A stretch of 64,000 nucleotides of DNA, from NCBI GenBank assembly GCA_963675295.2, contig CAXXKJ010000002.1, positions 1,664,001-1,728,000 of the forward strand. Direction: 5' to 3'. Below the pieces are notes generated by a model. The model searched no databases and was not told where the DNA came from. It was given only the letters and a program-made list of their open reading frames with translations. The DNA comes from a bacterium (GTDB taxonomy: Bacteria > Electryoneota > Electryoneia > Electryoneales > Electryoneaceae). Below are positions 1-10,017 of this stretch, piece by piece (within the stretch, counting starts at the first letter, position 1; every line of letters begins with the position of its first letter). Both the position numbers and the translations under genes were made by a program.

Positions 1-2
1 TT

Positions 3-362
3 GGAACGGTCCACGCACTGATCACGCCAGTAGTCGGACCGCGCGGTGAGTTGCATGTGGAAGTGTTTGATGCCATTTCCGGGGAGTCTGCCAAAGGTGC
101 AATCCTGATCCTGCCCTGCCATGATTTTGAGAATAGTGCTTCCTGGTGGGATCAGGTGTATTCCGGGCTGCCGGAGTTCACCTACCGGATGTTGGTGGCA
201 GCGGATGGCTACACCACATTGGGTCCGATTGATACTCCGGTCGAAGCTGGCAATACGACCCTGATGACCGTTACGTTGTATCCGGATACACTTGCGGAGA
301 CTGAATCCTCCGATACCGGTCTCGACAGCCAGGTTCGAATCGAGATCCTGCCTACACCGTGA
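3..362 (+). CDS. Partial CDS (5' end outside window), probable exported protein with a carboxypeptidase-regulatory-like beta domain
   Basis: Frame open from window start to TGA at 360-362; 'LHVEVFDAISGESAKGA...YRMLVAADGY' resembles CarboxypepD_reg-like domains. Confidence 0.5.
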   Translation, partial: GTVHALITPVVGPRGELHVEVFDAISGESAKGAILILPCHDFENSASWWDQVYSGLPEFTYRMLVAADGYTTLGPIDTPVEAGNTTLMTVTLYPDTLAETESSDTGLDSQVRIEILPTP

Positions 363-380
363 TAGCTCACTGAGGACGAC

Positions 381-2744
381 ATGCCTGCTTTATCCCTTCG
401 CACGCGCCTGCTGGTCTTGTTCCTGCTGCTGCTCGTTCTGGTTCCAGGCAGCTACGCGACGGAAACCAACCGTCTCAGCGGCATGATTCTCGATGTGGCC
501 GGGGCGCCGGTGGAGGCGGCGTCGATCACGCTGGAGGGTACGCGGTTCGGGGCGTACAGCCGGATGGACGGCTCGTTTGTGATCACCGGCGTACCGGCGG
601 GATCGTATGAGCTGCTGGTCACGCACCTGAACTATGAACCGTTGCGCAAGCGGATAGACTTTTCTGGCGATCGGGGCACGCTGGACATCGGCACGCTTGT
701 CCTGCACGCGGCGGTGACCAACTTGCCGGAGGCGACGTACACCGCGACACGTTCTTCGGTCAATCCGGCGGATGTGCCGCGGGCGACGGCTCAGGTCAAC
801 GCCGCCGAGATCCGCTACCATCAGTCGCAGAGCACGGCGGAAGTGTTGCGTGAAACGCCCGGCGTGATGATTCAGAAGACGAGTCACGGCGGCGGGCACG
901 CGATCGTGCGCGGGCTGACCTCGAACCGTGTGCTGTTGCTGGTGGATGGCATCCGGCTCAACAATTCGACCTACCGGCTGGGCAATCATCCGTACCTGGC
1001 GTTCGTCGATCCGCTGGCGGTGGATCAGCTGGACCTCGTACGCGGACCGGGGTCGGTGTTGTATGGCAGCGACGCGCTCGGTGGCACGATTAATCTGCGC
1101 ACTCGTTCCGCACCGTTCAGTGCGGACGGCCTGACCCTGTCCGGCGAGGCGACCGGCGGCTACCGCAGCGCAGATGAAGAGGTGCTCGGGCATGGGTCCG
1201 TGTCCCTGTCGAGCGAGTTGTGGAGCCTGTTCGTCAACGGCGGTTATTCAACGCGAAACGACCTCCGTCGCGGGGAGGAAGGCGATGCCGTGATGGACCC
1301 GGACCCGCCGACAACGCAATCCCCGACCGGGTTTGATGCTGGGTACGCGATGGGCACGTTCAAGTGGCGTTTTACCGATGCCAGCCTGCTCACCCTCAGC
1401 CATCAGTACACCGAGCGTCCCGAAGTGCCGCGCTACGACAAGTATGTCAACGGCGGCGACTATCGCTGGCTGTACACCGATCAGACGCGCCGGTTGAGCT
1501 ACGCCAGCGTCGATTCCCGAATCGGGTTGCCGTGGCTGCGGTCGGTTCATGGCAAGCTGTCCTACCAGTTGCAGACCGAAGGCCGGTCAACACAGGGCAC
1601 GCCGCTCGATGACCGGGTGGACGAGTATGACGAGACCGGCACGATTGGCATCGACCTTAGCGGGGAGTGGGAGGCGGGCCGCTTCGAGGGCGCGTACGGG
1701 TTCGATTTGTACCACGACAACGTGTCCAGCGAGAGCGAGACGATCACCCCGGGCGGGTCGGTGACTCCGGCCGCGCGTGGCCGCTACCCGGATGGCGCAA
1801 CCTACACCTCCACCGGGCTGTTCACGCAGCAGCAGGCGCATCTGACTCAGTCGCTGATTGTGCAGGCGGGTCTTCGCTACAGCATGTTCTCGACTGAATT
1901 TGACACTCCGGGCGACCTGCCGTTTGATGCGGTCGATCTCGAGTTCAGCGCGTTGACGGCATCCGCAGGGCTGGTCTACCAGTTGTTACCGTCCGCGTCA
2001 GTGTACACCAGCGTCGCGCAGGGATTCCGTGCGCCGAATTTGGGCGACATGGCGAAGCTGGGTGAGTCGAAAGGCTCGACGTTTGAGGTGCCGAACCCGG
2101 ACCTCGACCCGGAAGCGGTGGTAACGGTTGAACTCGGCACCCGGGTGCAGTCGTCCCGGCTGTCGCTGGACGCGTCCCTGTTCTACACGTCGCTGACGAA
2201 CACGATTTCCGGCGTCCCGGCGACGTGGAACGGCGCGGATACGGTGGTTGTGGCGGGGCAAACGTTTGACGTCCGCACCCGTGACAATACTGGCGAGGCG
2301 TACATCTACGGGGTCGAATGGGGCAGCCGTGTGCAGCTCCCGGCGAACCTGCAGTGGCGGGCGACGGTGACGCATGCGTACGGCCAGAACACCACGCTGG
2401 ACGAACCATTCGATGGCATTCAGCCACTGACGGGCTACACCGGGCTGGTGTACATGCACCCGTCTCGCGGGCTGATCGTGGAACCGTATCTGCGCTTCGC
2501 GACAAAGCAGGATCGGCTGTCGTCGGACGATCTCGAGGATTCCCGCATCCCCGGAGGGGGCACACCCGGCTGGTACACGCTGAATGTGCGGTCACAGCTG
2601 CGAATCGACGATCATTTCACCCTGAACCTGGCGCTGGAGAATTTGCTCGACCGCAACTATCGCGTGCACGCGTCCGGCATCAACGCGCCCGGCCGGCAGG
2701 TGGTGCTGTCTCTCAGGATGATGACCGGATCGCTGGGCCTGTAG
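381..2744 (+). CDS. TonB-dependent outer membrane receptor with N-terminal carboxypeptidase-regulatory-like domain (heme/hemoglobin-receptor-like)
   Basis: Signal peptide, plug motifs 'VRGL...LLVDG' and 'VRGPGSVLYGSDALGGTIN', 'FRAPNL' and 'NPDLDPE' motifs, C-terminal 'ENLLDRNY...PGR'. Confidence 0.92.
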   Translation: MPALSLRTRLLVLFLLLLVLVPGSYATETNRLSGMILDVAGAPVEAASITLEGTRFGAYSRMDGSFVITGVPAGSYELLVTHLNYEPLRKRIDFSGDRGTLDIGTLVLHAAVTNLPEATYTATRSSVNPADVPRATAQVNAAEIRYHQSQSTAEVLRETPGVMIQKTSHGGGHAIVRGLTSNRVLLLVDGIRLNNSTYRLGNHPYLAFVDPLAVDQLDLVRGPGSVLYGSDALGGTINLRTRSAPFSADGLTLSGEATGGYRSADEEVLGHGSVSLSSELWSLFVNGGYSTRNDLRRGEEGDAVMDPDPPTTQSPTGFDAGYAMGTFKWRFTDASLLTLSHQYTERPEVPRYDKYVNGGDYRWLYTDQTRRLSYASVDSRIGLPWLRSVHGKLSYQLQTEGRSTQGTPLDDRVDEYDETGTIGIDLSGEWEAGRFEGAYGFDLYHDNVSSESETITPGGSVTPAARGRYPDGATYTSTGLFTQQQAHLTQSLIVQAGLRYSMFSTEFDTPGDLPFDAVDLEFSALTASAGLVYQLLPSASVYTSVAQGFRAPNLGDMAKLGESKGSTFEVPNPDLDPEAVVTVELGTRVQSSRLSLDASLFYTSLTNTISGVPATWNGADTVVVAGQTFDVRTRDNTGEAYIYGVEWGSRVQLPANLQWRATVTHAYGQNTTLDEPFDGIQPLTGYTGLVYMHPSRGLIVEPYLRFATKQDRLSSDDLEDSRIPGGGTPGWYTLNVRSQLRIDDHFTLNLALENLLDRNYRVHASGINAPGRQVVLSLRMMTGSLGL

Positions 2745-2886
2745 CCCGTTTCTGAATTCTGACGGTTGAGCGTGTATATTGAAACGGTGGCGGGTGTGGG
2801 ATTCCAAGGTTGATGTTCCGCGTTCCGCGGCTTGCAACAGTGTTGCTATGAACTGATATGTACTGAAATTACGTGAGGTGGATGCT

Positions 2887-5685
2887 ATGAACCGTCCAAT
2901 CCTGCTGACCTGTTTGACCCTTCTGCTCGCGACTTCCCTCAGCTTCGCGGAGATCGGCTATTTCGGCTACGAAACCGAGGTCTACGACTCCGATCAGAAC
3001 ATGTCGGTCATCGATCTCGCGGACTTTGACGGTGACGGCTACCGCGACCTGGTCCGTGGATCATTCGGCCATTCCAACCTGCAGGTTCTCCAACGCTACT
3101 CGTTTTCGAGTGTCGGCTTTCACCTGGAGGGGAACCTGTACTATTCAGAGTCGACGATCTCCGTGGTCCGTACGCCGGACATGAACGACGATGGTCTGCC
3201 GGACGTGGTCGCGGCGGCTTCGGGTGACGGCAGCATCGTCTGGTGGCGAAACCTCGGCGATGACTTCGAGTTTTCCACGATGATCGAGATTACCGAAAAC
3301 CAGGGTGTGCGCGATCTTGATTTCGCGGATTTTGACGGCGACGGCCTGCTGGATATCGTTGCCGCAGCCAATGACAGTGAATCGCTGTTCCTGATGTTGC
3401 AGAACAGCCCGACCGATTTCACGCGGCAGGCGGTTGCGGTGCAGGATACGGTGATGCGTGATGTGACGGTTGGCGACCTGGACGGCGATGGGGACATTGA
3501 CATCGTCTCGGCGATCCCGAACGCTTTGGTGATCTGGGAAAACGACGGGGCGGCGTCGTTCACCCGTCACAATCTCGATCCGTTCGGCGGCATCCGGGCG
3601 ATTGATATCGCGGATCTCGATGGCGACGGCGACCTCGATCTGCTGGCGGGGTCGCATGTGCTGGGCACGATTCGCACGTGGGAGAATACCGGCGGTGAGT
3701 TTGTCGAACGGACCTTCCAGGCCGATTGCGAAAGTCTGATCTCGATGCGCAGCGCGGATCTGGATTATGACGGCGACATCGATATTCTGTATGCGATGCA
3801 CGACACTCAGACGATCATGGTGGCGGAAAACATCGGACCGTGGCAGTTCCGGCTGGTCGAGGTGACTGGAACGTTTAACGAACCGCTGCAGGTGATCCCG
3901 ATTGAAGCCGACAACGATACCGATGTGGATATTGCCGCGATCACCCGGAACCCGTCGAAGATGAGCTACTGGCTGTTGCACCGTCCGTCCGACTGGGACG
4001 AAGAGGTTGTAATGGATGAGTTTGGCGTTGCGTGGTCGTTGACGGGAACTGATATGGACGACGATGGCGACGTTGATCCGGTCGTCTCCGGTGCAGATCC
4101 CGGACGGGTTTCGATCCTTGAAAATGATGGCTCCGGCGAATTCACCGAGCACCAGATCTACGGCTACCAGCATTTCTCATTGCAGGTCGCGGATTTCAAC
4201 GTGGACGGCCAGCCGGATGTCGCCGGGATATATACCACCGGCGGCTATCGTGTCCGTGTCTTCCTGAACGAGGGAGACTTCGAGTTTAGCCAGGAATTGC
4301 TGCCGGGTGTTGTTGAATCCATGCGCATGATCGCGGTTGCTGACATGAACGGCGACGGTTTTCCGGATATCGTCTGCGAGGACCATGAGGTGATGATCCT
4401 CTACACCTACTTCGGTGACGGGACCGGCCAGTTCGACCGGGAACAGGTGCATGATTTCGCGGATGGAGGCTACAAGTATGTCATCGTGCCATGCGACATT
4501 GACGGGGATGGCGATAACGATCTGTTTATCAGCCTGGACGACTACCAGCCCGGCTGGCTGGAAAACCCGGGGAACGGATTGTCCTACACCCCGCACGTCA
4601 TAGACGGGTTGGGCTCCTCGTATTTTGAAGATGGCAAGGCCTGCGACTGGGACCAGGACGGCGACCAGGATCTGATCATTGCCTATGACGATCAGGCCCG
4701 GCTGGAAATTCTCGAGAATGACGGTGCCGGGAATTTCACGGTGCATACGTACGAGGACACTCACTCATTTGCCTCCGACATCTGGCTGACCGATGTGGAT
4801 GTTGACGGCGACCTGGATATCTGCGCCAGTGGGTATTCGATCAGCAGCGTGTACTGGTACGAGAACACGAATCCGGCGGAGTTCGAGCTGGCGGAGCATT
4901 TCGTCACCGACCGCTACCGGCTGCCGAACGATATCTTCGCCGCGCCGCTGGACGGTGATGCAGCGCCCGACATCATGAACCTTAACGGCGGCATCGAGAG
5001 TGAGGTTCTGGCGCTGTACCACAGCCCGCTCGACATCGCACCGCATCCGCAAATTCAGTTGGTTCCGTTCAATCCGCCGATTGTGCTGCCGCCGATCGGG
5101 GGCGATGTGGTGTATGATGCGCGTCTGACCAACCCGACCACGGAGTTGTTTACCGGGCAGGCGTGGTCCGAACTGCTGCTGCCGAACGGACAGCTGCAGC
5201 CGTTGCGCACGGTTGATGTGGAACTGGACCCCGGCGGACAACTTGAGCAGCAGTATCTGGTAGAACACATTCCGGGTTACGCGCCGGCTGGACTGTACAC
5301 CTTCACCGCGTATGTCGGGCAGTATCCGGGTGTGGTTGACGACGAATCCAGCTTCTCGTTTACCAAGCTGGCGGCGCTGGTTCCGGCGGGATCGGGTGGG
5401 GCAGCGGCGAGTGCGTTGCCGGATCACCTGGCGATGACCTGTTCGCCGAACCCGTTCAACGCGATGTCCACGCTCAAGCTGGCGTTACCGCAAGCGGGCG
5501 AGGTGCGGGTGATCGTGTACGATCTGCTTGGCCGGCAGGTGTCGGTGTTGGCGGATGGGATCACGCGGGCTGGCTACCATCACTATACCCTTGACGCGTC
5601 GGCGTTGGCCAGCGGAATGTATTTTGTGACCGTGGACGCGAAGGGGAGTGGTCAGATCACACGCAAGGTGATGGTGATGAAGTAG
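2887..5685 (+). CDS. Secreted FG-GAP/VCBS repeat beta-propeller protein with Ig-like domain and T9SS-type C-terminal sorting domain
   Basis: GAGGTG RBS before ATG 2887; many DxDxDGDxD repeats; C-terminus 'PNPFN...VYDLLGRQV...LASGMYFV...RKVMVMK'. Confidence 0.88.
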   Translation: MNRPILLTCLTLLLATSLSFAEIGYFGYETEVYDSDQNMSVIDLADFDGDGYRDLVRGSFGHSNLQVLQRYSFSSVGFHLEGNLYYSESTISVVRTPDMNDDGLPDVVAAASGDGSIVWWRNLGDDFEFSTMIEITENQGVRDLDFADFDGDGLLDIVAAANDSESLFLMLQNSPTDFTRQAVAVQDTVMRDVTVGDLDGDGDIDIVSAIPNALVIWENDGAASFTRHNLDPFGGIRAIDIADLDGDGDLDLLAGSHVLGTIRTWENTGGEFVERTFQADCESLISMRSADLDYDGDIDILYAMHDTQTIMVAENIGPWQFRLVEVTGTFNEPLQVIPIEADNDTDVDIAAITRNPSKMSYWLLHRPSDWDEEVVMDEFGVAWSLTGTDMDDDGDVDPVVSGADPGRVSILENDGSGEFTEHQIYGYQHFSLQVADFNVDGQPDVAGIYTTGGYRVRVFLNEGDFEFSQELLPGVVESMRMIAVADMNGDGFPDIVCEDHEVMILYTYFGDGTGQFDREQVHDFADGGYKYVIVPCDIDGDGDNDLFISLDDYQPGWLENPGNGLSYTPHVIDGLGSSYFEDGKACDWDQDGDQDLIIAYDDQARLEILENDGAGNFTVHTYEDTHSFASDIWLTDVDVDGDLDICASGYSISSVYWYENTNPAEFELAEHFVTDRYRLPNDIFAAPLDGDAAPDIMNLNGGIESEVLALYHSPLDIAPHPQIQLVPFNPPIVLPPIGGDVVYDARLTNPTTELFTGQAWSELLLPNGQLQPLRTVDVELDPGGQLEQQYLVEHIPGYAPAGLYTFTAYVGQYPGVVDDESSFSFTKLAALVPAGSGGAAASALPDHLAMTCSPNPFNAMSTLKLALPQAGEVRVIVYDLLGRQVSVLADGITRAGYHHYTLDASALASGMYFVTVDAKGSGQITRKVMVMK

Positions 5686-5734
5686 AGCGAAGCCCACGCA
5701 TGGCTTGTCAGGTAATTCGGTTGATACAAGAACT

Positions 5735-5765
5735 CAGCCCCACGGAACCATTTCCGCGGGGCTGA
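5735..5765. terminator. Hairpin between convergent genes, probable bidirectional terminator
   Basis: (T)CAGCCCCaCGGAA...TTCCGcGGGGCTGA imperfect inverted repeat. Confidence 0.55.
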
Positions 5766-5795
5766 TTCAGGTCATGTAGCTTGAATGGGTACGAC

Positions 5796-6509
5796 TCAGT
5801 CGAACGCCATCTCCGGTTTCCACTCTTTCCAGACTTCGCCAGCGAGGGTAAAGCCGGGTTTCAGCGTGGGTTTGCCGGGCTGCCAGCCGGAGGGAGTGAC
5901 TTCCCCGGTCTTGACCACGTGCTGGAAGGCTTTCACCTGGCGGATCAGTTCGGACACATTGCGGCCGACTTCCGGGGTCAGCACTTCCATCGCGCGGATG
6001 TTGAAGTCCGGGTCGATGATGAAGCGTCCGCGGATGTCGACGCCGGCGGCCTCTTCGTACACGCCGTACGCACGTCCGATACTGCCGCTGGCATCGGAAA
6101 GCATCGGGAACGGAACCCCGCCCTCGACCATCTTCTCAAGCTCTTCCTTCTGCCAGATCTTGTGGGTGAAATGGGAATCGGTGCTGACGGCAAGAACCGT
6201 CACGCCGAGCTCTTTCAGTTCATCGTATTTGACCGCGACCGCGGTCAGTTCGGTCGGTCAAACGAAGGTGAAATCGCCCGGATAGAAACACAGGACGATC
6301 CATTCTCCCTTATGGTCGGAAAGCTTGACCTGCTTGGCTTGACCCTGATGAAAGGCATTGGCGACAAAATCGGGCGCCGGATGACCGACACGTGCACTCA
6401 TGAAACGTATTCCTCCGTTTTCAGCGGGTGGGGTTTCCGATTTCTGCTGCGGTTCGGGTTCCTGAATCGCGCCCTCGACAGGCGTCAGGCATCCCTCCTT
6501 TTCAGGCAT
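5796..6509 (-). CDS. prxU: Selenocysteine-containing thioredoxin-dependent peroxiredoxin (PrxU/AhpC family); Sec at UGA 6260-6258
   Basis: Two in-frame ORFs joined by TGA read [14 protein letters not shown], matching the AhpC peroxidatic motif DFTFVCPTE; hairpin 10 nt downstream; GGAGG RBS before ATG 6509 (alternative start 6401). Confidence 0.9.
6230..6247 (-). promoter_or_regulatory. Candidate bacterial SECIS hairpin
   Basis: TGACCGC-GGTC-GCGGTCA stem-loop beginning 10 nt 3' of the in-frame UGA. Confidence 0.7.
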
Positions 6510-6848
6510 ACGTGTTCCTCCCTCCGTGTTAGCTTGTTTGTGGTGAAGACTATGTGATGAATATAACGAGAGCCGAGTCAACTGCAAAGCTGGGAGGGAC
6601 AAGAGCGAAGGTGAATCCGAGGTATACGTCAATCCGTCGGGGCAAATTCTGGCTTGAAAACGGATCAGGTGAAACTTCGCTGGCATATGAGACGAACAAT
6701 TCCCCGTGAGTTGTCCAGCCGGGGTTAGTGTATGTACAATGAGCGTATCAGCTACCAGGGTTGCGGACATCCCCGTGTTCACACTTGGTGGTTGAGAATT
6801 CTGCATGGATAATCACGTACTACAGAACAATGACACCTGGGGGATTCG

Positions 6849-9599
6849 ATGATTGCGAGAATGTTACCTCTTCTGCTGGTTGCTCTGCTGTTTCTGTCCG
6901 TCACGCCAATCCAGGCCCGCTACGTTCCGTTTGAACCCGGCCAAACCCTGATGCCGGAAGCTCCCCCGGTCCTTGATCTTGAGCGATATCCCAGCTCATC
7001 CGCGTACCACAACCGGATGGTGTATATCAAGGCAGGTACAGGGTACATGTACTTGATCAAAAGCAATGGTGACCATTTCCGGTTCGGGCCGTACAGCGGA
7101 TACAGTGACGCGCACGTCGCTGATCTGGACAACGACGAGGAGTACGATATCGTGGCGGCCAATCCGGAGGGTGGGTTTGTCCGTGCGTTGTCGCCCGGCA
7201 CCTACAACGGTGACTGGGATGGAATGTTTGTGGATCAGGACAATCCCGGTGTGAGCCGGGTGTCCTCGGCTGATATCGATGACGACGGTGATCTCGACAT
7301 TCTCGCTGGCGGCGAATCGGTTCTCTGCTGGTATGAGCTTGAAACCGGTCCCGTGTTTACGCGGCATCTGATCGCAACGGAGTACCCGTTGGTGGGGGAT
7401 ATCGTCCCCGCCGACTATGACGGAGATGGCGACATTGATATCGCCGTGCTCACAGGTTCACCCACCGAGCTGACGATCTGGGAAAATGCGGATACGGGAT
7501 TTGTGGAACATGTCGTCGCTACAGTTCCGGAGATGCGTGTGCTGGCTGGGCTGGATATGGATGTCGATGGTTTGCCGGACCTGGCGGCTGGGGGGTTGCA
7601 AACAATCCCGCAGTTGTTTACGAATCAGGGGAATTGGGTTTTCACCAGCTCAGCCATGAGTTCAGCGGCAACGACCATCTCGGATTTCGCCGTGCATGAC
7701 TGGGACGCGGATGGCGATCCCGATCTCGCGAGCGCGCATCCCGTTTCGAACCGGGTCGGCTATTTCGAGAACCAGGGAGAGTACGGTTTCGTCTTCGCGC
7801 CTGTTGACGTGGCGGTGGAAAATGTGTGGCAAGTGCTTCCGCTCTACATCAACACGGACAGTTATCCTGACCTTGTTGCCGGTTCACGCACGGAAAGTGG
7901 CTTGGAGGGCTGGAGATTCTCGGGGCGTGGTACAATTCGGCCATTCACGGCGATGGAACCAAAGTCAGTCTATATTCAACGATTTGTCGACTTTGACGGC
8001 GATGGAGACGTCGATATCTTGGCTTCGGAGGAAGATAACGACCGGATCATGTTTATCGAAACCCTAGATAATTTGCAGTTCGATCAACATATCCTGCTGG
8101 ACGGATTTTACTGGATACATTTTGATTATGCGGATTTTGATTCTGATGGGGATTATGATGTCGTTGTCGCAGACACATATTATGATTTGATATACTATGA
8201 AAACGAGGGAGACAATATCAATTTTACGCCGCACGTTTTAGAAGCTCTGGAACACGATATGGCATTCGTTAAAACCGGTGATCTCGACAGCGACGGCGAT
8301 CAGGATTTTGTCGTCGTCGTCAATGATCACGACATCACAAGCTGGTACAATGACGGGACAGGCCAGTTCACCTCGCACCTGCTGGTGGATCTTGAAAGCT
8401 ACCATGAACACCGGGATATCCTGTTGCTGGACGATGACGGCGATGGTGACCTCGACCTCTTCATTCCTGGAATCGGCGTCAATACAGATTGGCTGATCTG
8501 GTACTACGAAAATCGGGGTGTTGGCGAGGTCGGCCCGCGTACCATCCTCTACGAAGGTCTTTGGAACACCTGTGAACACCCGATTTTCACCGACTGGGAC
8601 TTTGATGGCGATCAGGATATCGTCATGGCCTATTTTTCGGAGAAGACCGTTCTCGAAAACCAGGGGGGTGGACGTTGGGATGCGTTCTCACTGGCCATTG
8701 ATCCTGATGTAACCAGTTGGGTGGCGCCGATCGATTACGATGATGACGGTGACATGGATTTGCTCGAACTGCGCGACGAGATCTTCTGGCACCGCAATCC
8801 CGGCGGGACAGATGTTTGGGATACGGTCTTGCTGGCGTATGCCCCGGTGGATTTCCTCGCCACCAATCTCCTCACGCACGACCTCGATGGTGACGGGGTG
8901 GACGAAATCGTCACCGCTGGCGTTGATCCCGGACTCACGGTTTGGGTGCAGGAGTTTGCAACCGGCGATCTGCGGTTCGCGATTCACCCGCCGGACGACA
9001 CAATTCTTCCCGCGACGGGTGGAGCTCTCACCTATCATGCCGGTGTGCGCAACCAGTCGGAAACGGACAGTTGGGCTGGGCAAATATGGGCGACAGTGCT
9101 CGATCCGGACGGCGCGTTGTTTGATCAGACGATGGGCAGCGTGTATCTCGCACCGGGTTCAGGACGGCACGTATCACAGGTGATCGAGGTCGCCCAGGAC
9201 GTGCCGGCGGGCGAGTATACGGTCGATGTATCGCTCGGCTACTTCCCGCAACTGGCGTTCATGACCGAATCATTTTCCTTCACCAAGTTGCCCGCGACTG
9301 CTGCTGGAATTGACCAGGGAACCGGGGATCCAATTCCGGGTCAGTGCAGCTTCAGTGTTGGGCCGAATCCGTTTAACAGCGTGGCGGTCATCCAGCTCCA
9401 ACTGCCGGAGGCAACGGCTGTGAAGGTGGAAGTGTTTGATGTGCTGGGTCGTCACGTCGCCACCCTGGTCGACCATCAGTTGGAATCCGGTTCGTACCGG
9501 TTCAGCTGGCAGGCCGGGCAACACGCCAGCGGCTTGTATTTCGTGCACCTGGCTGCAGGTGAACTTGATCAAACGCGGAAAGTGTTGCTAGTCAGGTAA
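6849..9599 (+). CDS. Secreted FG-GAP/VCBS repeat protein with Ig-like domain and T9SS-type C-terminal sorting domain
   Basis: Signal peptide, DxDxDGDxD repeats, 'GPNPFN...VFDVLGRHV...SGLYFV...RKVLLVR'. Confidence 0.88.
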   Translation: MIARMLPLLLVALLFLSVTPIQARYVPFEPGQTLMPEAPPVLDLERYPSSSAYHNRMVYIKAGTGYMYLIKSNGDHFRFGPYSGYSDAHVADLDNDEEYDIVAANPEGGFVRALSPGTYNGDWDGMFVDQDNPGVSRVSSADIDDDGDLDILAGGESVLCWYELETGPVFTRHLIATEYPLVGDIVPADYDGDGDIDIAVLTGSPTELTIWENADTGFVEHVVATVPEMRVLAGLDMDVDGLPDLAAGGLQTIPQLFTNQGNWVFTSSAMSSAATTISDFAVHDWDADGDPDLASAHPVSNRVGYFENQGEYGFVFAPVDVAVENVWQVLPLYINTDSYPDLVAGSRTESGLEGWRFSGRGTIRPFTAMEPKSVYIQRFVDFDGDGDVDILASEEDNDRIMFIETLDNLQFDQHILLDGFYWIHFDYADFDSDGDYDVVVADTYYDLIYYENEGDNINFTPHVLEALEHDMAFVKTGDLDSDGDQDFVVVVNDHDITSWYNDGTGQFTSHLLVDLESYHEHRDILLLDDDGDGDLDLFIPGIGVNTDWLIWYYENRGVGEVGPRTILYEGLWNTCEHPIFTDWDFDGDQDIVMAYFSEKTVLENQGGGRWDAFSLAIDPDVTSWVAPIDYDDDGDMDLLELRDEIFWHRNPGGTDVWDTVLLAYAPVDFLATNLLTHDLDGDGVDEIVTAGVDPGLTVWVQEFATGDLRFAIHPPDDTILPATGGALTYHAGVRNQSETDSWAGQIWATVLDPDGALFDQTMGSVYLAPGSGRHVSQVIEVAQDVPAGEYTVDVSLGYFPQLAFMTESFSFTKLPATAAGIDQGTGDPIPGQCSFSVGPNPFNSVAVIQLQLPEATAVKVEVFDVLGRHVATLVDHQLESGSYRFSWQAGQHASGLYFVHLAAGELDQTRKVLLVR

Positions 9600-10017
9600 C
9601 CAGTGTCCATACACTAGTGACGTCGAGATGATAGAGGGGACGAATGGTAATCGTCCCATGTTTGCTATTCCATTGTAGCTGTTGTGCAATTCTTTCGGGT
9701 AACTATCATTTCGGCTTCTTCATTCTGGTGACTACCCTTACAGTGGCAGTAGCAGAGAAAAGCATACGTCCAGCTGTGTCCCCGGCTGCCCCCGGAGGCA
9801 TGGGGGGACGGATGTTTTGGGTCACTTGTCCGCCTCTTGGTTTGTAACTATGTTTTGCGCGTGGAACCGTGGAACGTTTGCCGGAATGCGCGGACGGTAT
9901 GAATGTTCTTCGTGAAGCTGCGAACGTGTTCCACGGCGCTTGCGGAACTTCTTGCACCGGTTTGACGAAAACCGGTCTGTCAAACGATATACGACCTGCC
10001 GGGACGGAGTCAAGGCA

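Noticed and set aside
5796-6806. Two separate ORFs or a pseudogene for the peroxiredoxin; also the + strand 258 aa ORF at 5781-6557
   Set aside because: In-frame UGA at the catalytic residue with a hairpin fits Sec recoding; the + strand ORF is an antisense shadow.
9755-9940. Riboswitch upstream of mreB
   Set aside because: Two plausible hairpins but no aptamer consensus I can recognise.
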